64,000 bases of DNA. Source: Candidatus Segatella mututuai. GTDB lineage: Bacteria > Bacteroidota > Bacteroidia > Bacteroidales > Bacteroidaceae. Position numbers and translations under genes: made by a program. Positions 10,025 to 18,134 of the stretch are shown one piece after another (within the stretch, counting starts at the first letter, position 1; each line of letters opens with the position of its first letter). Where the stretch lies: contig DJOI01000074.1 of the NCBI GenBank assembly GCA_002439605.1, forward strand, positions 14,109 through 78,108. Direction: 5' to 3'. The notes under the pieces are model-generated. The model saw only the letters and a list, made by a program, of their open reading frames with translations. It had not been told where the DNA came from and did no database searches.

Positions 10025-10059
10025 AAAAAAAGCAGGTTCCAACTCTTCTTGGAACCTGC
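10025..10059 (-). terminator. Rho-independent terminator of hsp20
   Basis: 11-bp stem GCAGGTTCCAA / TTGGAACCTGC followed by T7 on the minus strand. Confidence 0.85.
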
Positions 10060-10111
10060 CCTCATTGTTTGTCATCATTTATGTAAAATCATCAACTGGT
10101 GAGAATTCACA

Positions 10112-10552
10112 TTACTTTACCTCTATCTGCTTGGTTGTCTTAGCTTCTTCCTTAGGAGTGAGCTTTGGAATCTCAACCTCAAGCACACCATCGTTTACTT
10201 TTGCCGAAATATGCTCACGGTCAGCATCCTCTGGCAAAGTGTAACACTGCTGATAGTTGCTGTAGGAGAACTCACGACGCAGATAGTGCTCGTGCTTGTC
10301 ATCATCCTTGTGCTCCATCTTGTTCTCGATGGCGACACAGAGATTACCATCGTTGTCGAGGTTGACGCGAACCCATTCCTTCTTCAAGCCAGGAGCAGCA
10401 ACCTCCATGATGTAGGCTTTGTCGTTCATCTTGATATTGGTGGCAGGAGCGGTAGCAACGTTCATGCGAGGCATCAAGTCGGTATCAAAGAAATTGTCAT
10501 CAAACCAATTATTCAACCAATTAGAATCATTACTTCTACGAGCTAACAACAT
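10112..10552 (-). CDS. Small heat shock protein, Hsp20/alpha-crystallin family
   Basis: APATNI, EVAAPGLKKE, RREFSYS, LPEDAD and AKVNDGVLEVEIPK motifs. ATG at 10552. Confidence 0.93.
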   Translation of the reverse strand: MLLARRSNDSNWLNNWFDDNFFDTDLMPRMNVATAPATNIKMNDKAYIMEVAAPGLKKEWVRVNLDNDGNLCVAIENKMEHKDDDKHEHYLRREFSYSNYQQCYTLPEDADREHISAKVNDGVLEVEIPKLTPKEEAKTTKQIEVK

Positions 10553-10726
10553 AATTAAAACCTCCAATTTTCTTTTACTCGTCCTCTCGGTGCCTTGCGA
10601 CTCCGTCGGGATTTCTATTTGTTTACTTACTTATTATTCTTTTTAATTGACTGCCTTGAACCTCAAGGTCTTGGCAACTTATTGATTGCCATCGCCTTAA
10701 TTTCTTCGGCCTTCGTTGATGGGATG

Positions 10727-10742
10727 TGCAAGATGCGTGCCA
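10727..10742 (-). promoter_or_regulatory. Sigma54 (RpoN) -24/-12 promoter for hsp20
   Basis: Minus strand reads TGGCACG-CATC-TTGCA, an exact match to the TGGCACG-N4-TTGCW consensus. Confidence 0.75.
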
Positions 10743-10764
10743 GCACATAAGGCTCTCCCCCAAT

Positions 10765-10800
10765 TGCCAATTCTGTCGCTGCGAAATGACAAAGATGTCA
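10765..10800. promoter_or_regulatory. Two 14-bp palindromic boxes, candidate regulator sites
   Basis: TGCCA-ATTC-TGTCG at 10765 and TGACA-AAGA-TGTCA at 10787, 22 bp apart. Confidence 0.45.
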
Positions 10801-10943
10801 GCAAGTCTTAAAAAAAATTACACTTTGCTGACAAGTCCATTAGCCTTTGCTGTTCTGTAGGCTGTAAGGCTGCAATGATAGCTAATAAATGTTATAAAGA
10901 ATTTCTTTTTCGCCTGTCAAGTTGTTTTGTTGGGTATTTATTG

Positions 10944-10951
10944 TAAATTTG
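10944..10951 (+). promoter_or_regulatory. Bacteroidota -7 promoter box upstream of the aminopeptidase
   Basis: TAAATTTG followed by CA matches TAnnTTTG. Confidence 0.6.
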
Positions 10952-11010
10952 CAGTATATTAATAAGGTAATACATATTAGTTTAGTCAATTAACGAAAAC
11001 AAGATAAAAC

Positions 11011-12309
11011 ATGATTAAGAGATTATTGTCATTTCTCGATGCATCGCCAGTCAATTTCCTGGCCGTCAAAAATCTTACTGAAGAGTTGCTGCAACATGGT
11101 TATCGCCATATCAACGCCACCGAGCCCATAGGCACGGTAAAGGCTGGCGACAAGTTCTTTGTCACCAAGAACGACTCCTCCATCTATGCCTTCCAAATAG
11201 GCAGGAAGCCTTTGGCAGAAACAGGATTTCACATGATTTGCGCCCATTGCGACTCACCCACGTTCCGTATCAAGCCGCACGCCGAGATAGACTGCGAGGG
11301 AGGCATCGTAAAGCTCAACACCGAGGTATACGGAGGTCCCATCATGTCGACTTGGTTCGACCGTCCGCTTACCTTGGCAGGAAGAGTCATCGTGAGGGGC
11401 AAGGACGTGATGAGCCCTACAACCCTCCTATTGCACGTGAAGCGTCCCTTGCTGCAGATAAGCAATTTGGCCATCCACTTCAACCGTCAGGTAAACGACG
11501 GAGTGAAACTGAGCCGACAGAAAGACGTGTTGCCCATCTTGGGAATCATCAACGACGAGTTGGAAAAGGGCAACCTGCTGATGAACATCATCATCGAGGA
11601 ACTGAACAAGCAACAGACAGTAGCACGCAAGGACATTCTCGACTTCGACCTTTATCTGGCTGATGCCACACCAGCCTGCACCTTCGGCGCGCACAATGAG
11701 TTTATCTCTTCGGGCAGACTCGATGACCTGTCCATGTGCTTCGCCGGACTCGAGGCGCTGTTGGCTTCACAACCTACCGACACCACCCAGGTGCTCGCCA
11801 TCTTTGACAACGAGGAAACGGGATCGCAGACCAAGCAGGGAGCTGGAAGTCCATTCCTCTCCTACATGCTCAAGCGCATCGCCTTGGCGCAGAGCGGCAC
11901 CGAGGAAGCATACTACCAAGCCGTGGAGCGTGCTTTCATGATTTCGGCGGACAACGCCCATGCCTGGCATCCCAACTACTCCGAGAAATACGACCCCACC
12001 AACCATCCCATGCTGGGAGGCGGTCCCGTCATCAAGTTCAATGCTGCCCAGAAGTATGCCAGCGATGCCCTCTCGGCATCGGTCTTTGCCAGCCTGTGCG
12101 AGAAGGCAGGCGTGCCTTGCCAGCGTTTTGTCAACCATAGCGACGTGGCAGGCGGAAGCACATTGGGCAACATCTTGGCATCGTCCATCCCGCTGCGCGG
12201 TGTCGACATGGGAAATGCCATCCTTGCCATGCACAGTTGCCGCGAGACGGGAAGCACGGCCGACCATGACTTCTGCGTCAAGGTGTTCACACAGTTCTAC
12301 CAGGAATAG
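11011..12309 (+). CDS. M18-family (aspartyl) aminopeptidase
   Basis: AHCDSP, EVYGGPI..TWFDRPL, GRLDDL, FDNEETGS, ADNAHA.HPNY and LAMHSCRE motifs. Confidence 0.93.
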   Translation: MIKRLLSFLDASPVNFLAVKNLTEELLQHGYRHINATEPIGTVKAGDKFFVTKNDSSIYAFQIGRKPLAETGFHMICAHCDSPTFRIKPHAEIDCEGGIVKLNTEVYGGPIMSTWFDRPLTLAGRVIVRGKDVMSPTTLLLHVKRPLLQISNLAIHFNRQVNDGVKLSRQKDVLPILGIINDELEKGNLLMNIIIEELNKQQTVARKDILDFDLYLADATPACTFGAHNEFISSGRLDDLSMCFAGLEALLASQPTDTTQVLAIFDNEETGSQTKQGAGSPFLSYMLKRIALAQSGTEEAYYQAVERAFMISADNAHAWHPNYSEKYDPTNHPMLGGGPVIKFNAAQKYASDALSASVFASLCEKAGVPCQRFVNHSDVAGGSTLGNILASSIPLRGVDMGNAILAMHSCRETGSTADHDFCVKVFTQFYQE

Positions 12310-12360
12310 CGAAACGTCAAGGAAACTTCATAGACTGAAAAATTATCCCTTATACAAGAA

Positions 12361-13005
12361 ATGAAATACATCATTTTTGATTTCGACGGAACCATCGGCG
12401 ACTCGCAACGGCTGATAGTAAAGACCTTGCAAGACACGATGCGGGAAAGAGGACTCGATGTGAAGTCGGACGAGGCTTGCGCCAAAACTATCGGACTTCG
12501 ACTCGACGAAGCTTTTGTGGCGCTCTTTGGCATGAGTGCAGAGGAAGGAGAAGCCTGCGCTGCCACCTATCGAAGAATATTCATGAAGAACAAAGAAGTA
12601 ATGATTGTCGAGCCGTTTCCCCATGTGATAGAAACGCTGCGAGAACTGCATCGCCGTGGATTCGTGCTGGGGGTGGCAAGCAGTCGCAACCATTGTTCGC
12701 TCGATGGTTATGTCAGGCAGATGGCTCTCGAAAACATCTTCACATCAATAGTGGCTGGCGACGATGTGGAGCATGCGAAACCTGCCCCCGACATGGTGTT
12801 GCAAGCCTTGAAAGAGATGGATGGAAAAATAGAAGAAACTTTGGTGGTAGGCGACATGACATTCGATGTAGACATGGCACACAACGCAGGTTGCAAGGCC
12901 TGTGCCGTGACCTATGGCAACGGGACACGCGAGCAACTTGCCTCTGCAGATTGGATAATCGACGACTTCGCGGAATTGCTGAAGAGTGACTTTTGCACTG
13001 TCTGA
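12361..13005 (+). CDS. HAD-superfamily hydrolase (phosphoglycolate phosphatase-like)
   Basis: FDFDGT motif I, KPAP, VGDMTFD motif IV. Confidence 0.9.
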   Translation: MKYIIFDFDGTIGDSQRLIVKTLQDTMRERGLDVKSDEACAKTIGLRLDEAFVALFGMSAEEGEACAATYRRIFMKNKEVMIVEPFPHVIETLRELHRRGFVLGVASSRNHCSLDGYVRQMALENIFTSIVAGDDVEHAKPAPDMVLQALKEMDGKIEETLVVGDMTFDVDMAHNAGCKACAVTYGNGTREQLASADWIIDDFAELLKSDFCTV

Positions 13006-13100
13006 GCATCACGGCTTCTTTCAACATCACTTCAAAAAGGAATAAGCCTTACCTCGCAAAGTAACAAAGACAAAACGACCTTGTCCCTCTTATATAAAAG

Positions 13101-13137
13101 CGGAAAAGACAGATGCAAGATACACCTGTCTTTTCCG
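13101..13137. terminator. Probable bidirectional terminator between convergent genes
   Basis: 12-bp perfect stem CGGAAAAGACAG / CTGTCTTTTCCG. Confidence 0.75.
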
Positions 13138-13161
13138 TCTTAAACAATTATCATTACTTTT

Positions 13162-13707
13162 TTAATCCTGCTTTTCGATAATCTTCATTCCTTCTGCTAC
13201 AGCCTGCATGTTGAGTGGTATCATGGAGTGATGACGCTCTGGCAACGATTTGTAAAGGGCTTTGTTCAGTCCATCGGTGCTTACTACCGGACAAACCTTG
13301 AGTAGTCCACCAAGCACAATCATGTTGAACACCTTGGAATTCTTCATCTCGGCTGCCTTGTCCATGGCATCAATACGATAGATTGTAATATCGGTGCGCT
13401 GGGGAGGATTGATGACTCCATAACCATCGTAAATGAGAATTCCGCCTGGCTTTACCTTGGGCTCAAACTTGTCGAGCGATGGCTGGTTGAGCACGATGGC
13501 TATGTCGTAATGGCTAAGGATGGGCGAAGAAATGCGCTCATCACTCACGATGACTGTTACGTTGGCTGTACCACCTCGTTGCTCTGGGCCATAGGCTGGC
13601 ATCCAGGTAACCTCCTTGTCCTCCATCAGTCCTGAATAGGCAAGAATCTTTCCCATAGAGAGGACACCCTGTCCACCAAAACCTGATATAATGATTTCTT
13701 TCTTCAT
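13162..13707 (-). CDS. 2-oxoacid:ferredoxin oxidoreductase gamma subunit
   Basis: GFGGQGV, YGPEQRGG and NMIVLG motifs. Confidence 0.92.
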   Translation of the reverse strand: MKKEIIISGFGGQGVLSMGKILAYSGLMEDKEVTWMPAYGPEQRGGTANVTVIVSDERISSPILSHYDIAIVLNQPSLDKFEPKVKPGGILIYDGYGVINPPQRTDITIYRIDAMDKAAEMKNSKVFNMIVLGGLLKVCPVVSTDGLNKALYKSLPERHHSMIPLNMQAVAEGMKIIEKQD

Positions 13708-13733
13708 TTTCTAACCTTTTGCAAATGCCAAAC

Positions 13734-13761
13734 TTAACATTTAACACTTAACATTTAACAT
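13734..13761. repeat. Heptamer tandem repeat TTAACA(T/C) x4
   Basis: Units at 13734, 13741, 13748 and 13755. Confidence 0.8.
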
Positions 13762-14525
13762 TACAAATTTGTCGTATCCTTCAGGTCACCCTTCACATAC
13801 TCCTTGAACATGTGCTCTTCCATCCACTTGTTGGCTTCTACAGGTGAAAGTTTCCAACCGCTATTGCAGGTGGAGACAATTTCCACAAGACTGGACCCAA
13901 GCCCCTTCATGCTTGCCTCGAAGGCTTTGCGAATGGCCTTCTTGGCTTTGCGGATGCTGGCAACGGTCTCAACGCTCTGCCGCGTAACATAGCAAGTACC
14001 TTGCAAATGAGATGCCAACTCTGTGATATTAAGAGGATAACCATGAAGATCGGGCTGACGTCCGTAAGGGCAAGTAGAAGTTTTCTGCCCAAGCAGAGTT
14101 GTCGGTGCCATCTGTCCTCCCGTCATGCCATAGATAGCATTATTGATAAAGATGGCAGCAACGTGCTCGCCTCGGTTAAGAGCATGGATAGTTTCACAAG
14201 CGCCAATACACGCCAAGTCTCCATCACCTTGATAGGTAAAAACGAGGCGGTCTGGCCACAAACGCTTGATGGCAGAGGCACAGGCAAGAGCACGCCCATG
14301 GGCTGCTTCCTGCCAGTCGATGTCAAGGTAACGATAGGCGAAGACAGCACAGCCTACAGGACAGATACCCACGGCCTTGTCTTCCATTCCCATTTCCTCG
14401 ATTACCTCGGCTACAAGTTTATGCACCACGCCATGAGAACAGCCCGGACAGTAATGCATCGGGGTGTCGTTCATGAGCATCGGCTTCTTATAAACCAGAT
14501 TCTCTGGTGATATGATATCGTTCAT
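13761..14525 (-). CDS. 2-oxoacid:ferredoxin oxidoreductase beta (TPP-binding) subunit
   Basis: YCPGCSHG, HGRA, GDGD...NN TPP motif, YGMTGGQMAPTT. Confidence 0.92.
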   Translation of the reverse strand: MNDIISPENLVYKKPMLMNDTPMHYCPGCSHGVVHKLVAEVIEEMGMEDKAVGICPVGCAVFAYRYLDIDWQEAAHGRALACASAIKRLWPDRLVFTYQGDGDLACIGACETIHALNRGEHVAAIFINNAIYGMTGGQMAPTTLLGQKTSTCPYGRQPDLHGYPLNITELASHLQGTCYVTRQSVETVASIRKAKKAIRKAFEASMKGLGSSLVEIVSTCNSGWKLSPVEANKWMEEHMFKEYVKGDLKDTTNL

Positions 14526-14528
14526 TTT

Positions 14529-14560
14529 AAATTATAAATTAGAAATGACAAATTATAAAT
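14529..14560. repeat. Degenerate heptamer tandem repeat (AAATTAT-like) x4.5
   Basis: AAATTAT AAATTAG AAATGAC AAATTAT AAAT. Confidence 0.6.
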
Positions 14561-14586
14561 GGGCATACGCCAACTCTGTCTATAAC

Positions 14587-15681
14587 TTATTCATTATCAT
14601 TTATTATTTTATTCTTCAGGGCCTCAACGATTTCCTCGGGTTCAGGAACGATTCCTCCCAAGCGCCCGAAGTGCTCTACTGGGACTTGTCCGTTAACGGC
14701 CAGGCGTACATCTTGTATCATCTGTCCGGCATTGATTTCGGCCACAAGGATGCCCTTGCAATGCTGGGCAAGCTCATGAAGCTGTTTTTCCGGGAAAGGC
14801 CAGAGGGTTATAGGACGGAAAAGCCCTATCTTGATGCCTTGCTCGCGAGCTACCTCTATGCTTTTCTCTGCCACGCGGGCAGCACTTCCGAAGGCCACTA
14901 TAACATAGTCGGCATCCTCGATATGCTCTGTTGCGTAACGCACCTCTTTATTGCGGATGGTTCGATATTTCTGCTGCAAATGAAGGTTGCGTTGCTCCAT
15001 CACTTCTGGCTTGAGTTCGAGCGATGTGATGATGTTGGGCTTACGATCCTTGCTTCTACCTATGGTAGCCCAAGGACACTCGCGCGCTATTTCTTCTTCG
15101 GTGCGGCGGGGTTTCATCGGTGGCAGCACCACACGTTCCATCATTTGGCCGATGACACCATCACTCAGTATCATGGCTGGGTTACGATAACGGAAAGCCA
15201 ACGTGAAAGCCAAGTCAACAAAGTCTGCCATCTCCTGTACTGATGCCGGGGCAAGCACGATAACGTTATAGTCGCCATTGCCTCCTCCACGGGTGGCCTG
15301 GAAATAATCGCTCTGCGAAGGCTGGATGGTTCCCAAGCCAGGACCGCCTCGCTGCACGTTGACGATAACTCCAGGCACTTCGGCTCCAGCCATATAGGCA
15401 ATGCCTTCCTGCATAAGAGCCACACCTGGACTCGACGAAGTGGTAAGCACACGCTTTCCTGCTCCGGCTCCTCCGTACACCATATTAATAGAGGCCACCT
15501 CGCTCTCTGCCTGAAGCACAACCATACCTGTCGTCTCCCAAGGTTTGAGTAGTGCAAGGGTTTCTATGATTTCCGTCTGTGGGGTGATGGGATAGCCGAA
15601 GAAGGCATCTACCCCACCTCGTATACAGGCATGGGCGATAGCCTCATTGCCTTTCATAAGTGTTACTTCTTGTTCTGCCAT
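14587..15681 (-). CDS. vorB: 2-oxoacid:ferredoxin oxidoreductase alpha subunit (VorB-like)
   Basis: GNEAIA, GYPITPQTE, QAESE, SSSPG and QRGGPGLG motifs. True start probably ATG 15681 (MAEQEVTLMKG). Confidence 0.88.
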   Translation of the reverse strand: MAEQEVTLMKGNEAIAHACIRGGVDAFFGYPITPQTEIIETLALLKPWETTGMVVLQAESEVASINMVYGGAGAGKRVLTTSSSPGVALMQEGIAYMAGAEVPGVIVNVQRGGPGLGTIQPSQSDYFQATRGGGNGDYNVIVLAPASVQEMADFVDLAFTLAFRYRNPAMILSDGVIGQMMERVVLPPMKPRRTEEEIARECPWATIGRSKDRKPNIITSLELKPEVMEQRNLHLQQKYRTIRNKEVRYATEHIEDADYVIVAFGSAARVAEKSIEVAREQGIKIGLFRPITLWPFPEKQLHELAQHCKGILVAEINAGQMIQDVRLAVNGQVPVEHFGRLGGIVPEPEEIVEALKNKIINDNE

Positions 15682-15683
15682 TG

Positions 15684-15923
15684 TTATATTTCCTCCTTTT
15701 TGCGATAAACGGTAATACAGCCGTCCGGACACACGATGGCGCATGATGCACAGCCTATACATGCCTCGGCATGGGCTGGTTCCACGTAACGATAACCATG
15801 CACATTCACTTTCTTTTCGGCAAGCGCTATGACATCGCGAGGACAAGCCTCCACACAGAGCGCACAACCCTTGCATCGCTCTGTATCCACCACAATTGCC
15901 CCTAAAATCTTATTCTTTGTCAT
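15684..15923 (-). CDS. 2x[4Fe-4S] ferredoxin, delta subunit
   Basis: CKGCALCVEACP and CIGCASCAIVCP. Confidence 0.93.
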   Translation of the reverse strand: MTKNKILGAIVVDTERCKGCALCVEACPRDVIALAEKKVNVHGYRYVEPAHAEACIGCASCAIVCPDGCITVYRKKEEI

Positions 15924-16099
15924 GGGTTATAATAGTCTTTACAATAGAAGCTGAGAATATTATCGAGCATTTCCTTGGCCACGACGGCAGGGCTATCGGG
16001 GTCAATGGCAATGGCTTCCATATAACAGTCGATGGCATGCTTATAGTCGCCTTGCTTGCGATAGGCATTGCCCTGTAGATAATATTCTTGAGCTGTCAT
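15920..16099 (-). CDS. 59-aa single-TPR protein, missed by the ORF track
   Basis: Translates as MTAQEYYLQGNAYRKQGDYKHAIDCYMEAIAIDPDSPAVVAKEMLDNILSFYCKDYYNP, a TPR consensus. ATGA overlap with the ferredoxin gene. Confidence 0.85.
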   Translation of the reverse strand: MTAQEYYLQGNAYRKQGDYKHAIDCYMEAIAIDPDSPAVVAKEMLDNILSFYCKDYYNP

Positions 16100-16326
16100 T
16101 TATCTGCTGTTGTTCTTTTTTATTTGCTTTGCGAAATTAATAAAATAAGCTAACTAAAAAAAATTATCAGCCGAGATTTAAACTATATTAATGTTGTTTT
16201 GCGGAAAAATGCGCACACCATAATTCTGTGTGCAACTTTTAAAGAATGATGTGCGATATTTCTAATATCATATCATGTCCTGCGCTGATACTGCAATCTT
16301 TATGGCGTAGTTCCTTATACGCTTTA

Positions 16327-16367
16327 CAGTTTTTGCTACCGTCCATCGTGAGGACGGCAAAAACCTG
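16327..16367. terminator. Stem-loop downstream of the last fimbrillin gene
   Basis: CAGTTTTTGCTA-CCGTCC-ATCGTGA-GGACGG-CAAAAACCTG. Confidence 0.5.
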
Positions 16368-16411
16368 AGCTTTACTCTTTATCCTTCCCTTCCGTTTAGC
16401 AAAGGCAAAAG

Positions 16412-18106
16412 TCAGAAGGCACACACGGCGCGGACGTAGTGGTTGGCCGCCTTCGGAGCAGTTCCTACATACCCTTTGCTGACCATGGGTTGGATGGCGA
16501 AGATGTAGGCTAAGCCATAGGTTGCGCCTTCCGTGGAGGACCAGTAAGGATAATTGGCCAGTGGTTCGCCGCGTCCTGCGGCAGCCAGCGCGTCGTTGAC
16601 GATGGCCTTGGTCTCAAGTGCGAAGTAGATTTGGCCAGTATGCATAATATCCTCGTCTTTGCAGAAGAGCATGTGCAACTCCTTTCCCGAGGGGAGATAC
16701 CACCCGGTACTGCCTTCCGGGGCTGGCGTGCTGTTGCGGAAGTTGATGAGCTCCTGGGCGGGAATCACCTTGGTGCAGTAGTTGACGTAGCCGCAATGCT
16801 GGTTATATGCCAGCAGCACTTTTGTGTTCTGGTAGCCGAGGATCATCTGCAAGCCTTTCCCTCCATCTCTCCCATCTGTGCCAATGGAGCTATAGTCCGA
16901 AGTTGACGGGTTGAGGTCCGGTGTACTGTTTTGGTAGGCATACACGTCGGCTTCATTTTCCAAGGGGTTGTCTTGCCACGGTATGCCAGTGGAGATATTC
17001 TTCACGGCCACGGCAAGTCCGTGCGTGCAATGGGGGAAGTCCTTTGCCATGATTTTGTCGTCGGCAAGCGATGCAGGTTCCTGCCTGCCAGATGGGTCGG
17101 TCTCGGCGGGTGTCCAGAACACGATGGCCGCCACCTTTGCCTTCTGCTCCTCGGTGAGGGCGGTCGCCTTGGGCAGCAGGTGGCCGTCGGCCATCAGGTA
17201 GTCGCCCCGCCGGATGGTGTAGTCCTTGACCGTGCATGCAGCCCCGTCCACCTTGTACTTCTTGTACGTCCCTGCGTAAGTGCCAATGTCTGATGGGGTG
17301 ATGGAGAACTCCCTGTTCCCCTCGTCGTAACTTCCTTCAATGGTCGGCAAGGAGGATGGCAGCAAGTAGCGGTAAGAGCCGTCGGCCATGCGCAGCGGTT
17401 TGGCGGTGCCGGTGAACGTGGCTGCCGGCGTAACGGTGTAGTCGGGCACCCTCGCGTTGGTAAACTTGTAGACCATCTTCGGCAGTTCGATCACGGCCAA
17501 GGCATAGACATGGGTCATGACGAAGTCGAGTCGGAGCGTGCCTTTGTCCCGTGTGGGGGTGCAAGAGGCTGTCATCAGGTCGGAAGCGGCGTAGTCCGCA
17601 TACGCGCTTTGGTCGGCCTTCACCTGCCAATTATTCTCAAGCAGCCTAAAGAAACCCAAATTTGGATCGCTTCTTGAAATCTCCAGCATGCGGCTGATGA
17701 ACTGCTCGTCCAGGTCGGGCTTGTAGGGGTAATAGAGATGGTATTCCTCATTCTCAAGCCCTCCCACAAGTGTCGTGCCCTCCTCGGGCTTCCAGACAAG
17801 CTGCCCCGTGGCGGCGTCCGTCTCGGCGGTCAGCTTCACGTTGGCGTAGACCATCTTCTTGTCCATGCCCCGGCCGCGCGTCACGAAGAGCCCGCAGCTG
17901 TCGCCCTCGGCGAACACGGTGGTGTAGCCGTTCTCCACGGCACGAGTCGTTTTACCCTCAGCCGACGCATAGCCCCCGTCGGTCACGGAAATGGCGAATA
18001 GTTGCGCCTTGTCCTGTGCGGCAGGGAACTCTTCTTGCGTGCAGGAGGCAAGCAGCAGGAGCAACGCGACTTGCAAAAGGTGATATATGTTTTTTTGTAT
18101 CTTCAT
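16412..18106 (-). CDS. Fimbrillin-family (type V pilus) lipoprotein with C-terminal lectin-like (CLec/DUF1566-like) tip domain
   Basis: Lipobox LASC, TTRA processing site, LYYPY and SDLMTA fimbrillin motifs; C-terminal GWYLPSGKEL, YWSSTE, VRAVCAF. Confidence 0.8.
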   Translation of the reverse strand: MKIQKNIYHLLQVALLLLLASCTQEEFPAAQDKAQLFAISVTDGGYASAEGKTTRAVENGYTTVFAEGDSCGLFVTRGRGMDKKMVYANVKLTAETDAATGQLVWKPEEGTTLVGGLENEEYHLYYPYKPDLDEQFISRMLEISRSDPNLGFFRLLENNWQVKADQSAYADYAASDLMTASCTPTRDKGTLRLDFVMTHVYALAVIELPKMVYKFTNARVPDYTVTPAATFTGTAKPLRMADGSYRYLLPSSLPTIEGSYDEGNREFSITPSDIGTYAGTYKKYKVDGAACTVKDYTIRRGDYLMADGHLLPKATALTEEQKAKVAAIVFWTPAETDPSGRQEPASLADDKIMAKDFPHCTHGLAVAVKNISTGIPWQDNPLENEADVYAYQNSTPDLNPSTSDYSSIGTDGRDGGKGLQMILGYQNTKVLLAYNQHCGYVNYCTKVIPAQELINFRNSTPAPEGSTGWYLPSGKELHMLFCKDEDIMHTGQIYFALETKAIVNDALAAAGRGEPLANYPYWSSTEGATYGLAYIFAIQPMVSKGYVGTAPKAANHYVRAVCAF

Positions 18107-18134
18107 ATTCTTAAAGGATTAAATAGGCAATAGG

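Noticed and set aside
14587..15876. 429-aa version of the oxidoreductase alpha subunit
   Set aside because: The extension overlaps the ferredoxin gene in another frame; the real start is ATG 15681.
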